NCBI RefSeq assembly: GCF_009914755.1
Contig: NC_060939.1
DNA from: the human T2T-CHM13v2.0 reference genome, Homo sapiens
Strand: one strand, 5' to 3'
Length of the DNA stretch: 64,000 nucleotides
Shown here: one piece after another, positions 13,337 through 32,445 of the stretch
Position numbering within the stretch: position 1 is the stretch's first letter
How the letters are laid out: every line of letters begins with the position of its first letter
Notes under the pieces: model-generated
The model's input: only the letters and a program-made list of their open reading frames with translations
Told to the model about the DNA's origin: nothing
Databases searched by the model: none
Program-made: the position numbers and the translations under genes

Positions 13337-13470
13337 CAGTACTGTTTTCCAGCGGTGCTTCTCAAGAATTGTGCAGAGAGCTTGTTAAATCACGGGTTCC
13401 TGGGGTCCATGGTAAGGGGTTCTGATTCACACTTTTTACAAGTTTCCAATTGATGCTGAGACTGACCCTG
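13337..13470. mobile_element. MER5A-like hAT-Charlie remnant
   Basis: cagcggtgcttctcaa...agagcttgttaaa...gttcctggg...ttctgattca...tttttacaagtttcc...tgatgctg. Confidence 0.5.
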
Positions 13471-13789
13471 GCCAGTGAGCATGCAAGTGAGCTCACTGGC
13501 CAGTGAGCATGCAAGTGAGGAGGCGCCATTGATTTGGCATTTGAGGATTAATTCAGGGGGTCTTCCTGACTCCTCTTCTCTTTGCTCTTCCTATTTCCCT
13601 CTCTTCCAGTGTCAACATGATACCGTAGAAATGGTCACAGCTTACACTTTTGCATTGAGACAGGGAAATAGTGAAGTGTTGATACTGCTAGATTCAGCCT
13701 TGTTGACTTGGCAGGAAATGCTGAATCGTATTTAGAAGATAGAATCACCCCTAAATACATTGCAGATGAGCTGCTTCATAAATAAGGAC

Positions 13790-14010
13790 AGCTAGTGATA
13801 TATGGGTAACTACTTGGTGGCAGGCAATGTACAAAGTATTTCACCTATACTACCTTCAGTCCCATTGACCTTTTCTAAGGTAGACGCATTCTCATCCCTA
13901 CTTCACAAGTGAAGAAACTCAACCTCAGAGAGGTGAATAGCTTGTCCTAGGTCACATAGGTACTGAGATATCTAAAGCAGGGCAGTATGATTCCAAAGAC
14001 TATTCTCTTT
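13790..14010 (-). mobile_element. MIR SINE
   Basis: Antisense MIR core: cacaagtgaagaaactcaacctcagagaggtgaatagcttgtcctaggtcaca. Confidence 0.7.
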
Positions 14011-14755
14011 TGCCGTACGCCCAAATTGTATGCACAGACATTAATTATATTGATATAACACATAATATAAATCATACCTTCCTGCATAAAGAATTCAAAG
14101 TGATTAACAAAAATGCAAATCATATTGCTAAATTAAAAAATTAGGAACAAAGAAATCAAGAAGACAGAGTACAAAATGGCATTCCATAAAGTCATATTCT
14201 CTTGTGAGTAGTCATGAACTTGACTCTGAGCTTATAAAGAAAGAGCAGTTTCTAAGGCACCACGCTACATCTTTGTTGACATGGGCCATGTGAAGGCAGA
14301 GGGGAAGTAAAAGAGGATGAAGCCGTCTCGTTTCTCAAATGCATCCTGACCTGGTCTTTAGGATGCCCTCTTAGGCTTGTGGCTACCTGAGATGGGTACC
14401 TTGGTGCTCATGAATCTATCTGCATCTGAGGGCAATGCAGAAAATGCAGATGATGCTTACTAAGAACACTCATTTCCATTGACCTAAAGCAACCTGCATG
14501 GTATTGTCAATCTGAAATGAGGCTTCTTGCCTATTTAATTCCATTTGTTTGCTATGTGCCCTAGCACTGTAGACTGATAGATTCTTAGTTAAAATAGTAC
14601 CTTCAGATTGATGAAAATGCTCCAGATTTATTGCTTTATATCAAATGTAAGATCATGTCCTTTACACAATGTAACACTTGAAGTCCTCCATTGATCTTCC
14701 AATTTCATTTGTTTTAAGGTTCAACACATTCAGCTGGTTGAAATATACAGAGGAA

Positions 14756-15223
<468 letters not shown>

Positions 15224-15734
15224 TCATCTGAAAACAAGGGACTGGTATTCTACTGTTTTCTAAGGTCCATTTCAGCTTTAACACTCTGGAAGATTATTAG
15301 CTGGACTGTGATTTGGTGGAATCATAGATGGGCAAAGGCCAAAGAACAGAAAGTCATGCTCAGAACACCAGAGCCAAGGGTCCATCTGAGATGTAGCCAA
15401 GCAGCTTCTGAAGCAGCCCTGTAATTTGCAGGATAGAGCTGACTCTCTCATCCCATAGCTGTACACTGTGAAGATCAGCCAACCAGCTCAGGGCAGAGGT
15501 GAACCAAGGCTGAAGGCATTTCCAAAGAATTTAGATCTTCTGCCAACTGGATCACTTGAGTCATCTTTCAACATCACATTCCAATTCCAGTGCTTATATG
15601 ATGTCACCAGGCATTAATAGGGAGACTGGCCTGGGTTTTGCCTTGGGGTTTGTAGATCTGTCACATCCATGTTTCATAACTTTATCTGAGTTTTCAGAAA
15701 ACATTTGGCAGAAGCCATCCTATCAGTACTTGCT

Positions 15735-15984
15735 TTTTTTTTTTGAGACAGTGTTTCATTCTGCTGCCCAGCCTGGAGTGCAATGGCACAATCACCACTC
15801 ATGACAGCTTTGAACTCCTGGGCTCAAACGATTCTCCCACTTCAGCTAATTTGGTTTATTTTTTGTAGAGACGGGGTCTCCCTATGTTGTTCAGGCTGGT
15901 CTCAAACTCCTGGGCTTAAGCAATCCTCCTGCCTGGGCCTCCCAAATTGCTGAGATTGCAGGCCTGAACCACCACGCCCCGTCC
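15735..15984 (-). mobile_element. AluJ (Jo-like), internally deleted
   Basis: Antisense Alu with J diagnostics (gggctcaa, tctccctatgttg). TSD-like cag(t/c)acttgcttttt at 15724-15738 and 15986-16000. Confidence 0.92.
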
Positions 15985-16017
15985 CCAGCACTTGCTTTTT
16001 AAATTAAGCTTCCACGC

Positions 16018-16319
<302 letters not shown>

Positions 16320-16512
16320 TTAATTAATTAAGCTTTCACTAGTGACCTCCCAATCTCCTCTCCTCAATTTGAAAATGTGTCTCTGCCTAATTCTGTTTGA
16401 CCTTGTTGTTTGACTAGTTTAAATTAAAAACAAAAAAACAAGCAAGCAAAGAAACAAAGTACCTTTTGAGTCTTCCTCAGGTGCAAAAGTCATCCTTGAA
16501 AGCAAGATTGGT

Positions 16513-16916
<404 letters not shown>

Positions 16917-17258
16917 TCACATGTTTCACTCTGGGTACCACTGTTTGTATTTCAGAGTCAATAAGCAACTCGGTAGCTAGAAAGCACATTGTAAACTGAA
17001 TGAGTCTTTTAAAAAACAGATAGTAATCAAGGCAGGTGTAACCTCCAGTTTGTTTAGTTTTGAGGCCATGTTGGCAGAGTGGTAAGTATATACTTTACTT
17101 ACCCAAAATCCTTTCAACTTCTTTTACCTCTAGCCCTGATTTTCCTAGGGAGCCATCTCTTTTTCACAATCAGTTGTTGTGTCTCTGGTGGAGCTACCTG
17201 CGTTATACATTATTGGCTATGATGACTGGTACAGGGCTCAGCAGAGTGAAACAAAGAT

Positions 17259-17365
17259 TGCATCAGTTAGGATTAGGTTTGGTCTTCAGTAAAAAAGATC
17301 TATAATGCAAGTGGCCTTAAACAAGACATTTTATTTGTCCCTCATAGAAAAGTCCAGAGCTAGAC
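17259..17365 (-). mobile_element. Old MaLR (MLT1-like) LTR fragment
   Basis: tgcatcagttaggattaggtttgg...cagtaa...agtggccttaaacaagac...tttatt...ctcata...aagtcc resembles an MLT1J/K end. Confidence 0.45.
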
Positions 17366-17379
17366 TGTAGCTCTACTCC

Positions 17380-17835
<456 letters not shown>

Positions 17836-17852
17836 TGAATTTTTCTGTATTT

Positions 17853-18169
17853 CTTTTGTTTTGTTTTGTTTTGTTTTTTGTTTTTGAGATTGAGTCTCAC
17901 TCTGTTGCCCAGACTGGAGTGCAATGTTGTGGTCATGGCTCACTGCAGCCTCCAACTCCTGGACTCAAGCAGTCCTCCTGCCCCCGCCTCCTGAGTAGCT
18001 GGGACTACATGTGCACACCCTCATGCCTAGTTAATGTTATAATTTTTTTGTAGAGACCAGGTCTTGCTACGTTGAGCAGGTTAGTCTTGAACTCAGGACC
18101 TCAAGCAATCCTCCCCTTGGCCTCCTCCAAAAGTGTTGGGATAACAGGCTTGAGCCTCTGAGCCCAGCC
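17853..18169 (-). mobile_element. AluJ, full length, with (TTTTG)n tail
   Basis: J diagnostics (ggctcactgcagcctccaactcctggactcaagc). Confidence 0.93.
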
Positions 18170-19984
18170 TCATTTGGACTTCTTAATAGTTAGAAAAGTA
18201 CATAGATTTGTAATTTTTCTTCCAAAAGATATGGTTTAACTTGCTTTCTTGCATAAAATTTCCTTGACTTTCTTTTCCACTATTAAGCACATTCATTACT
18301 CTGTGGCTTTTACCTCTGGAACCCAGATCTGTTAACTTCAGTATCATTGGAATATTATTTGTATTTCTAACATGTACAAAGACTCAGAGCCAATTCATCC
18401 CATCTATGCATTTACCTCTCTGTCTATAAGGATCTCTGTTGGGATTTTCTTGGAAATAGTTCAGTGATAGCTTCATTTCTCAGACAAAGGAAACTGAGTG
18501 AATAAAACATTTCCCGGAAATATGACAATCTCAGCATTGAAAAGTTAAGCACCGTAAATTTAGCGGATGCAAACAAACTAGTCCTCTTAATACTAATGTC
18601 AGAACATTCCCTGAATTCCTATTTGATTGCTGCTTCAGAGACAGCCTCATTAGAAAGCATTTCCCATTCTTAGGTTCTTTCTTTGCAGTATCTGAACATT
18701 GCTAATTCAGCCTGGAGGAGAACTACTTTATGAATAGCTTTAAGATATGAGATGTGTGTGTGTGTATTTAGCATACCCTGAGGATACGTATTCGTATTGT
18801 TGAATGACAATAAAATTCTACCTTTGCTGTGATTAAAACAAGATACTGTCAAAAGGGAAGAGAGCTGGTATATAGGGAAACAATGGTTACGGGGAAAGAA
18901 TGTCTTATCTCCAACTGATTGTATGTAAATGTGGTGTCTACTTTTCTAACAGACATCTACTGATACCGATATCACTCTACATTCACAGGGTGTGCTGTAT
19001 TTTATGAAGGCATTTCATAGACATGGTTTTATTTAATCCTAAAAATGTCACAACTCTGCTAGTTTATAATCGTCTTCTGGGTTTAGGTACCTTCCTCAAA
19101 TGAGAATCCTTCAAAGTATTGTGATTTCTAAAGCTCCCCAAGTGGGAGCTTATACCTGTGTTCTTTCCAGTAACGTTAGTGGAATTATATTTAAGCTTCA
19201 CAAAGTTCTGTAGATTCTTCATGTATTTGACTGTGACAACCCCATGGTCTGAATCTGTTGAGAATCCATTTACACTTCTTAAAGAGCCCATCTGCACAGT
19301 GTTCTGGGACTGGTGTCCAGGTATTTCCCTCCCACCAGGGAGATTCTATGGGACAAATCTTTCTTTTCTCTGTCCTGGTACAGACCGATGTGTAAGATGA
19401 GACTTGCAAACATGGAGAACAGGGTAAGATCTCATGCTCCCCAGAGACTGGCTCGAACCAGGTAATTCCTGCAATGAGGATGGTCCTCGTGGGCCCACAT
19501 CTGCTCTGTGGAACTATCTCTGTTCCTGCCTGGTTTCAAACCTGGTTCTCCAGCCCTTCTGAAAGTAACCTGGTTTTCTAATATTCTGCCAAGAGATTTT
19601 ATTCCCTTTACATTAGCCAGAGTATTTGTTTTGTCGTCTCTCCTCAAAAAACCCATATATATACTGTCTTTTGGAAGCAAGATCCCATAGTTATCAGAAT
19701 TAGTTTGTTGAAGCAGTTTGCAAATGAAACTGACAAACTTTCATTAGTAATATCTTGGTTTTCTTTAAACAGAAAGGGGTAATTCATTAGAGAAGAAGAC
19801 TCTTTAGGACTTTTACCGAAATAATAGTATATTCCTGTTTCCACTCTTATATTTTCCCTACCAATCAAAGAGATGAACTTGGTTGGTTGTATAAATGATA
19901 TCACAGAATTCTGATTTACTACCAAATTATGTATGAAGCAGACCATTTTCCAAACTGGCTAGATAATAATGGTGCCTAGGATTT

Positions 19985-20165
19985 TCCAGGTGTCAGGGTT
20001 ATAGTAAGCACTATCCATAAATTATCTTATTTAATTCTGACAATAGCTCCCTGAAGTGGCACTATGGTTATCCTCATTTTACTGGTGAAGAAATAAACTT
20101 AGAGAGGTTAAGTTGCACATCATAGCTGCCAAGCGGCAGAGCTAGTATTCAAACTAAGGAACTGA
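19985..20165 (-). mobile_element. MIR SINE
   Basis: ttatcttatttaattctgacaatagc...tatcctcattttactggtgaagaaat...agagaggttaagt...ggcagagctagtattcaaact. Confidence 0.7.
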
Positions 20166-20837
20166 GCCACACCAACTAGTCTATACCAATATAATAATTA
20201 AGCACTTCATCATAAAACTTGTTTTCTAATTACAGAGATTGTGGAAATAGATGATTTTTACTCTTAATGTTTATTCTTAGCTCCAACCACCCATTTAATT
20301 AATAGATTTGAGATTTATTTTATTTGTTTATAAAAACATGTTTTGCTTTTATGATTAAATGACTAAGCAGTAGGGACTATAATTTAATTACATATTTCTT
20401 AATTATTGGTGTATTAGTTAATTATATGAAGTTAATTTTTAAAATTAAGTAATTATATTTTATAACATGTTGCTGTTCTGATGTCAATCATATTTTTCTA
20501 ATTTAGACTCAAGCATTGTTAAATATACAGTTAATTTTAACACTAAAATTAGTACAGGTTACTAATAAGATTTTATATACATTTTATATATGCATCTATA
20601 TACACACATATACACATACAACACACAATTCAAATCTATTAAAATATTTCTTTATAATATATGCAAATATATTAAATATTAAGAAAAATGTGCAAGTACC
20701 TTTAAAAAGTGAGCCTCAATTTTGAGATGGCTTGGAAATTTTGTAATTTTAGTATTTCTTGGTCTCAATATTCTGCTTTATTATTTTAAGTAGAAACTAT
20801 TCTGTGTAGAAAAACCTACTGTGAGAAAATGACTTAA

Positions 20838-20930
20838 CTATGTTGTCAGCTTCTTCAGGACAGGGCCATTGTTTCATATTCTTCACATGGAACGGCTTCT
20901 GGCACAATAAATGTTTGTTGAATTTGAATT
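20838..20930 (+). mobile_element. L2 3' end fragment
   Basis: agcttcttcaggacagggcc...tctggcacaataaatgtttgttgaat is a typical L2 terminus. Confidence 0.55.
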
Positions 20931-21479
20931 TTGAATTTAAGTGAAATGATGCTGAAAATTTTACATTAGCTACAGCCATCCATCTGAATTTAAGCCAGGA
21001 GTTGCTATCTTGCATAGGGGAATCATTAGTAACGTGGTATCTAGTGGGATTATTTGGTGACAGTAGAAAATGAGATATTTCTTCTGCTTTGAGTTGTCTG
21101 TTTCAATCATGCATGGCTAAGTCTTCAGGGTAGTGTTTTTGGTTCAAGAGAAAATTATGAATTGTATTACCATTAAGGTTTCTGCTACCTTGAGGGACAA
21201 GAAATTAATAAATTTAATTTGACCCCCGATTTTTGTTTTGATTTATCAATATTACACAGCAGTCTACTGCCAGAACTAGCTATTGAGGGCAGTACTTCTG
21301 CATCTCACTTCAGTATCTTTTCTATTGTGCCTCTCATAGAACTTCTTATTACGTAATTATAATGAATTATTATTCATTATTGAGCTAAGCTCCTCCCTAC
21401 TCGTCAGCTCAATGAAAACAAAATTATCTAGTTTTTAGCAAAGAATTTACTGTGAAATATTTGAGAGATTTCCAATATT

Positions 21480-21780
21480 CAGGATGAAAAGAGGTTAGTT
21501 ATTCAGCACGCTGCTGTGCAATTACAAGTTGGCACGACCTTACTGGTGGAAGTTTAGTAAGGATATGAAGAACCTTAAAAAGTGTTTTCCCCTTAATTCA
21601 CTATTTCATTTCTGGGATGTTATGCAAAGAAAAATAACTGGCAAATGTATTGAAATACACACACAGATATACACACAAAACATTCACCATAGCATTGCTG
21701 AAAACAGCAATAAACTGGAAACAAGCTAAGTGTCCACTAATGGGGGTTGGTTATAATACATCTTTACCATAGATATGCAA
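21480..21780 (+). mobile_element. Old L1 (L1ME-like) fragment
   Basis: Degenerate ORF2 end: attcaccatagcattgctgaaaacagcaataaactggaaacaagctaagtgtccactaatgggg. Confidence 0.65.
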
Positions 21781-22126
21781 AGCAAATACAGCTTTTCTAT
21801 TTCCTGGTGCCTCGTAGCATGTTTTTATGAAGCCTTAACTTATTGGAGAGCAGGGCGGTGGTAAGGTTAGTGGTGGATGATTGAACTTTCTACATGCCGT
21901 TTTATACAACTACAGTCTTGTCTGTTTTAAACTGGGGAGAAAACTCAGCCTCTTTTGGGCTAAGGCACAGTGTTTTGGGCTTCCTTCCTTTCCTTCGGCT
22001 CCTTTCCAGGGTGACATCCAGGGTGATCTTGTGGTAGCTGGGGATGGGGGTGGCTTAGCTTTACATGACACCCTCTACAGTCACACTAGTCTCTGCTGAG
22101 GAATTGCACGTACAAAGGGTAACTGG

Positions 22127-22450
22127 GGCTGGGCACAGTGGCTCACACCTGTAATCTCAGCACTTTGGGAGGTCGAGGAGGGCGGATCACTTGAGGTGAG
22201 GAGTTTGAGACCAGGCTGGCCAACATGGTGAAACCCTGTCTCTACTAATAACACAAAAATTAGCCGGGCGTGGTGGTGGGTGCCTGTAATCCCAGCTACG
22301 TGGGAGGCTGGGGCAGCAGAATCACTTGAATTGGGAGGTACAGTTTGCAGTGAGCCGAGATGGCACCATTGCACTCCGGCCTTGGACGACAGAGTGAAAC
22401 TGTGTCTCAAAACAACAACAAACAACAACTGCAACAACAACAACAACAAA
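22127..22450 (+). mobile_element. AluS (Sx/Sz-like) with (CAA)n tail
   Basis: Full dimeric Alu; tail aacaacaacaaacaacaactgcaacaacaacaacaacaaaa. Confidence 0.95.
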
Positions 22451-22929
22451 AGGCAACGGGTCCCATCTGGCCTTTTGGGAATAATATTCCCATGTTAAAT
22501 GTTGGAATTTAGAGTCTCAGACATTTGGTCCTGCTCTCAAAATGTCATCAAAATTCCTTCTCCCCTTCTTTGATGGTAAGGAAGTTAGGCATATGGCTGA
22601 GCAGCCAGAGACTAAATTTTCCTGTGGTCTTTTGCAACTAGATATACTCATGTGAGTCACGGAGACGGAATAGAAGAGATGCATGCCATTTCCATGCATG
22701 AGCCTTAAAACACTATTCCTATACTTATCTGAGTTTTCTTTTCTTTTCTCATAAGCCAGAAAACTAATGTGGCTGTGATCCTTGGGTCCTTTTTATTTTT
22801 TTGTGTTGGGACATTTCTTGGCTATGTGAGCTGGTGAGGAGATCTAGAGATCTGACTTGTTATTATTATTTTTTTAGTAAAATGACCTAAGCAATTTATT
22901 TTATGTTAAATTAATTATTTTTTAAATTT

Positions 22930-23227
22930 TTTATTATCATTATTTGGGATGGAGTCTTGCTCTGTCTCCCAGGCTGGAGTGCAGTGGCATGATCTTGGCT
23001 CACTGCAACCTCCGCCTCTGTGGTTAAGCGATTCTCCTGCCTCAGCTTCCCCAGTAGCTAGGATTACAGGCAGGCGACAGCACACCCTGCTAATTTGTGT
23101 ATTTTTAGTAGAGGCGCGGTTTCACCATGTTGGCCAGGCTGGTCTGGAATTCCTGACCTCAAGTGACCTGCCCGCCTTGGCCTCCCAAAGTGCTGGGATT
23201 ACAGGGATGAGCCACTGTGCCTGGGCT
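22930..23227 (-). mobile_element. AluS, inserted at the 3' tail of an antisense L1PB
   Basis: Antisense Alu atggagtcttgctctgtc...gagccactgtgcctgggc. Confidence 0.94.
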
Positions 23228-24123
23228 AATTTTTATCTTTCGATAGTTTTTGCGGTGCAGGTAGTTTTTGGTTACATGGATAAATTCTTTAGTGGTGATT
23301 TCTGAGATTTTAGTGCACTCATCACTCAATCAATGTACACTATACCCAATATGTAGTCTGGTATCCTTCACCCACCTCCCAATCTTTTCTTGGGCCCTCG
23401 AGGCTCCAAAGTCTGTTATATCATTCTTATGCCTTTGCATCCTCATAACTTAGTTCCCACTTATAAGTGAGAACATATGATATTTGGTTTTCTATTCCTG
23501 AGTAACTTCACTTAGAGTAAATGGCCTCTAGTTCCATCCAAGTTTCTGCAAAAGATATTATTTCATTTCTTTTTAAGGCTGAGTAGTAGTCTATGGCATA
23601 TACATACCACATTTTCTTTGTCCACTTTTTGGCAGTTGGGCATGTTAGATTGGTTCCATATCTTTGTAACTGAGAATTGTGCTACTATAGACCAGCCTGT
23701 GTATGTGTCTTTTTCATATGATGACTTACTTTCCTTTGGGTAGATACTCAGTAGTGGGATAGCAGGATCAAATGGATGTTCTACTTTTAGTTCTTTAAGG
23801 AAATCTCCATAGTGTTTTCCATAGTCGTTGTACTAATTTACATTCCCACCAGCAGTGTAAAAGTGCTCCCTTTTCAACACATCCATGCCAACATTTATTA
23901 TTTTTGACTTTTAAATCATGGCCATTCTTGCAAGAGTAAGGTAGTATCTCATTGTGGTTTAATTTACTGATGATTAGTGATGTTGAACACTTTTTCATGT
24001 TTTTTGGCTGTTTGTGTATCTTCTTTTGAGAATTTTCTATTCATGTCCATTTTTTGATGTGATTTTTTTTTTGGTTCTTGCTGATTTAAGTTTTCTGTAG
24101 ATTCTGGATACTAGTCCTTTCTG
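23228..24123 (-). mobile_element. L1PB-type 3' end (5'-truncated)
   Basis: ttttggttacatggataaattctttagtggtgatttctgagattttagtgcac is an L1PB 3'UTR hallmark. ORF 23795-23998(-) gives the ORF2-like MKKCSTSLII...[16 protein letters not shown]. Confidence 0.93.
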
Positions 24124-25474
24124 ACTTATTCTTAAGCAAATTTTTAAAGAAGTTTTTCTCATTTTACTGTCCCATTTCCCGCCCCCTTTACTTTCGTCTC
24201 AGGGAAACCTGGTACCACCCATACCTGCACACTTGGAGAGTCTCTCATGTAATGCATATTACGTATTACATGGTTCATAGGTTCCCCCAGGCTTGCCTTA
24301 TAAATCAGTTTTCTGGGATATGTTAATTCAATTACTAGTCTTCCACCTGCTTTCCTGCTCCAAAAGTTTTACTACTTTAATATTGTTGTCCACTCTTCAT
24401 GTTACAGGCTTATGTCTTTAAAAAAATCGTTTTTCTAGCATTTAGTGAGTTGGGGAAGTGAGTGAACGATATGTGTATGCTCATATGACAATATTTGCTT
24501 AAGAGATTAGAATGATTTCTCATTTTCTTACTGTTAGGTTTTTGCTGTATTATAATTGTAAATATTTTATTGTTCAAGTATAAAGTTGAAAGCATATTCA
24601 AACACTTTTCTCAATGAGAAAACAAAACCATTTGAATGCAGATATAAACTTTTTAGTTTTTTTTTTCTGTTTTCTTTTGTCTACTTTCTGGCTTAGAGAA
24701 AAGAACATGGAGAATTGTTGCACCTCTGAAATTATTGGTCTAGAACTTTTAATGAAGAATAATATTTTATTCTTCTAGTCCTCGCAAGTACCTCTTTGAT
24801 TGTGTGATGTATTTGAACAGATCAGTCCATTCTCTTCCATCTTCTGTCTTTCGACCATGGTGTATGAATTTGCAAAATAGATGGGATACAGGTTGCTATC
24901 CTGGATTGTGGAACCAAGTGAAATGAGAACTGGAAATACCGCAATCAAAAGTTGGAAGTAACATCGACTTCCCTACTTAAATAATGTTCTGCAGATTCAA
25001 CAACACTCTGCCTCTTGCTTCATGAGCTGATGTGTAATGGGGCTCACCAAAGACAACCCAGTGTTTGGAATGGCACAGGCTTTTGGTGGCTTTCCCAGCA
25101 TTAGCCCTCTTGATGTCAAGTGCATTTGTGGGACGGTTTAGGGGTTCTAGAATTTCAAGAGGGGAAGAACTGTTACAGAATGTTCAATCTAGCTGCCGTG
25201 AAACACTGAGGTACTATCCACCACTTGGATGCCAAGGTGTTGTATGGGTGGAGATTGAAGACTTCCATTGGAAATACATTTGTGGGTACAGTCAAATGGA
25301 AGTTGTCTATGAGGACCACGTATTCTTCTTTCCAGGCTCCTATATTCTCTCCTGACACCCTAAGAAATGAAAGCCTGCTCCTTCAGTGCTGATTGAGCCT
25401 TCTAAGTAAAACAAGTGAATGTGAGTTGATACTGCTCTGTGGATAGGAGGCATTTAAATTAGGGCTTCCAGATC

Positions 25475-25590
25475 CCTGTATTTTCATTTTCTTATCTATC
25501 AAATGGGGCTGATACTACCTATATTGAATAGTTGTTCAGAGTTAGTGAGAATACATTTAAAATGCCTACCACACAATGCATGGTAGCTAA
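25475..25590 (+). mobile_element. MIR fragment
   Basis: ttttcttatctatcaaatggggctgatactacct...gttgttcagagttagtgagaatacatttaaaatgcct. Confidence 0.55.
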
Positions 25591-26381
25591 CACTGTGGTT
25601 AAAGGAGAAAATTCATAGGAAGGATCTTACTTGTTTTCCTGTGAACGTGCTACATGGACTTCTGCCTGCTTACAAGGCTGTCAGGACTACAGAGAGAAAA
25701 TTATCAATCAAAATTGTGATGCATCAATTAATTTAAGCCTGGAAAATACTTCAGGATATGTGAGCTGCTCTTGAAAATGCGCATTTATTAACCACACTGG
25801 TGGAATAAAGCCTCCGTTCACCACAGCACAGTGGAATCCTGATGAAGTGCTTCATCCACCAGGTAAACAGCAGGTCCAGGCTTGGCAAATCAAACGCAAG
25901 AGTGAGCATTTTCATTAGTCTTAGATTTTTAGGAGACAGGTACAGGAAAAAAAAATAAGCACTTAAAATCAGGTTGTTATATATTGAGTGAAAAAAGCCA
26001 GGTTAAAAAGAAGAAGATGCCAAAACATTGATTAGAAGGGCATCAAACGTTATTTGATGCAAAGGTGTCTCTGCATATTTACATGGCATGGATAAGACAG
26101 TACCTTATGGCACCCAAGTGTACAGTCTACAGCTACAATTACTTTATTGATCACAGAAATCAAAATCCATTCAACACAGAGGACTTGTTTTATTATTTGT
26201 TATACCTCAAATTACTTTGAAATAACTTAAATGAAAGCAAAATTGGAAATGATTATTTCATTGATTTTTTGAAGAAATAAATTTTCTAATTACCGAATGA
26301 TCTGGCTATTTGAAAATTAATCTTCTATGTATTTTATAATTTGACCCAGTAACACCAAACCATTTACAAATAGGGAAACTA

Positions 26382-26728
<347 letters not shown>

Positions 26729-26885
26729 TCAAGCTTCTCAAAGAATATTCAAGAATATGGAACGGTAATTACACAAGATAAGTGAAAAAAATCAACTTAA
26801 ATAACACTTACAAAATTATTCCAATTTTGTCAAGATTTTGCATGTATATATGAGCATAGGACAAAAAGATGAGTTTATGCTATAA

Positions 26886-28983
<2,098 letters not shown>

Positions 28984-29077
28984 TTTTTGAATATTTTGTT
29001 CTTTATACTTTTTGATATTTGCCAAATTTTTTTGTAAAGAATCTGTTTTCTATTTATAACATTTTTTTCTTCAACTC

Positions 29078-30436
<1,359 letters not shown>

Positions 30437-30487
30437 GAAACAGTTTTTTTTATAAGAGGATTTTCTCTCTCAGTTTTTAAACCAATC

Positions 30488-30881
30488 TGTCTTAGTCTGT
30501 TTCTGCTGCTATAACAATACCACAGAATGGGTAATTCATGAATAACAGAAATCAATTTCTCACAGTTCTGGAGGCTGGAAAGTTCACAATCAAGGCATTG
30601 ACTGATTCAGTATCTACTAAGGGGTCGCTTTCTGCTTCCAAGATGGTTCCTCGTTGCTGTGTACTCCAGAGAGGACAAACGCTGTGTCCTCACATGACAG
30701 AAGGGGAAAAGGGATGGAGAGCTCTCTGAAGCCTCTTTTCTAAGGGCACTGATCACATTCACAAGTGCAGAGCCCTCATGACTTAATCATTTCCCCAAAG
30801 GCCCCACCTCTTAATACTGTTGCATTGGGGATTAAGTCTTAACATGAGTTTTGAAGGGACACAGACATTCAAATGATAGCA
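30488..30881 (-). mobile_element. MaLR solo LTR (MSTD/MLT1A-like)
   Basis: TG...CA ends: tgtcttagtctgtttctgctgctataacaataccacag...ctcacagttctggaggctgg...ccccacctcttaatact...acattcaaatgatagca. Confidence 0.9.
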
Positions 30882-31957
30882 ATTCCCAAACATCATTTTT
30901 TTCATTTTAAATTAGATCCTCATTTTTATGAAATTAGAAATGAACATTTTCCCAAAGCCATTATGTTTCTGACTGTTTCCATGAACTTTTTTTGGTGACA
31001 TCCATTCTGTTAAGTCATTCTTGATTTCTTAAAATAAGAGCCAGTGAAACCCAAGTCTGAAACATCTTATGGGATCAGATCACAAACTTCATTTTCTTCT
31101 TTGGGTGGCAGTCTTCTTTTTTGACCACTTTACTGCAAAGACCAAGAGTTGTTACTTCTGATCACACATGGGTGCTGAGAAGGCTGCTAGGATCATTTGA
31201 CTATGGAAGACAACAGAATGGTAAAGCTGGGATGATCATGTGGATCATTCTGGAAGAGAGGAAAGCCCAAAGAAATTTCCCAAGGCCTTGCAACTAGTTT
31301 TTGGCTTATCCAGGTGAGATATTCTGGTATTCATTATTCTAGACTGATGCCACAATCATTTATTCTATCTTCCATCTCCAAATAATGTTACATGACTTGA
31401 TTGTCTTGTTTTACGGAGGCTTCAGATAAATAATGGCTGCTGTTTGTCATTTTAAAATGGACAAAAATCCCCTTTCCTCAACAATCTTTTCTTTATTCAC
31501 AATGTAAATTAATACTAACAAGCCCTCTCAAGCTGGATCCTTAAGCTTTGGGGAGAACTTTCAGTGTCTCACCCACTTCAGAAGCGTTTACTTATCATCA
31601 GCATTAAGTATGATAGTTCAAAGCAGCATTGCCTGTTTCTGAAAATCAATTCCATAGTAGACTTTGCTGCCTCAGCTTTTTTTGGACTAACTCTTACAAA
31701 AATGACTAGTTCCAGCTTCGGAAGTCCTGGGTTGGGGTCCAGTTTTCCCACATAATCACTGTATAAACTCATTCAGGTTGTTTAACTTCCCTGATTATCC
31801 AATGATAAAGTGCTAAATCATCACAAAACATTTCATTTTAAATTCCTTTATACTTAAATTCGTTATTTTTGTATGGATCTCCCAATTTTTCTTATTAGAG
31901 CAGCTCGAGTAGTATGTTTCCAAAGCAGAGCTCTTTAAACTCTGTTTTCTTTTCTCC

Positions 31958-31960
<3 letters not shown>

Positions 31961-31991
<31 letters not shown>

Positions 31992-32000
31992 CTCTCTCTC
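31961..32000. repeat. (TC)n microsatellite
   Basis: Direct repeat of tc with one interruption. Confidence 0.9.
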
Positions 32001-32209
32001 ATACTAATGTGCCCACACCCACACCACTTCTCTCTCCCTTTGTTTCAGAATACTTAACTCCAGGGTGACTTAGGTTGCCATTTACTAATAGGTGCAACTT
32101 GTGTGAAAGGATGAGCATTTTGAAGAACTGGATGAAAACTCAGTTGGAAAAGCACAGGAAGCCTCTAAATGAGAGACAGCTGAGTTGGGACAAGCACACA
32201 GAGTGCAGA

Positions 32210-32445
32210 CTTAACTACACCCGTGCAAGGTGCAGGTAGGTGGGCTACATTCACATGATCCTCCTGCTTTCTCTGCTGCTGCGCCGGACTTCAGGGCACT
32301 GTTTAGGATTAGGCACAGTGGTGCCGGTGGGGAGGGATGAGGGAAGGCAGAAATCTTATTTGGTTGCTTTTAGGCTGTGCTTGCCTGGGGCAGTCACATT
32401 TTTCTAATTTGTACAAAGGTGTCATCTGGATTAATCGGAGTTGTG
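32210..32445. mobile_element. MER91-like hAT-Tip100 remnant
   Basis: gtgcaaggtgcaggt...tttctaatttgtacaaaggtgtcatctggat resembles MER91A termini. Confidence 0.45.

Noticed and set aside
24700-25400. Coding-looking unique stretch with ORFs 25065-25355(+) and 25173-25358(-)
   Set aside because: I could not match it to any protein or repeat family. A BLASTX/Dfam search would settle it.
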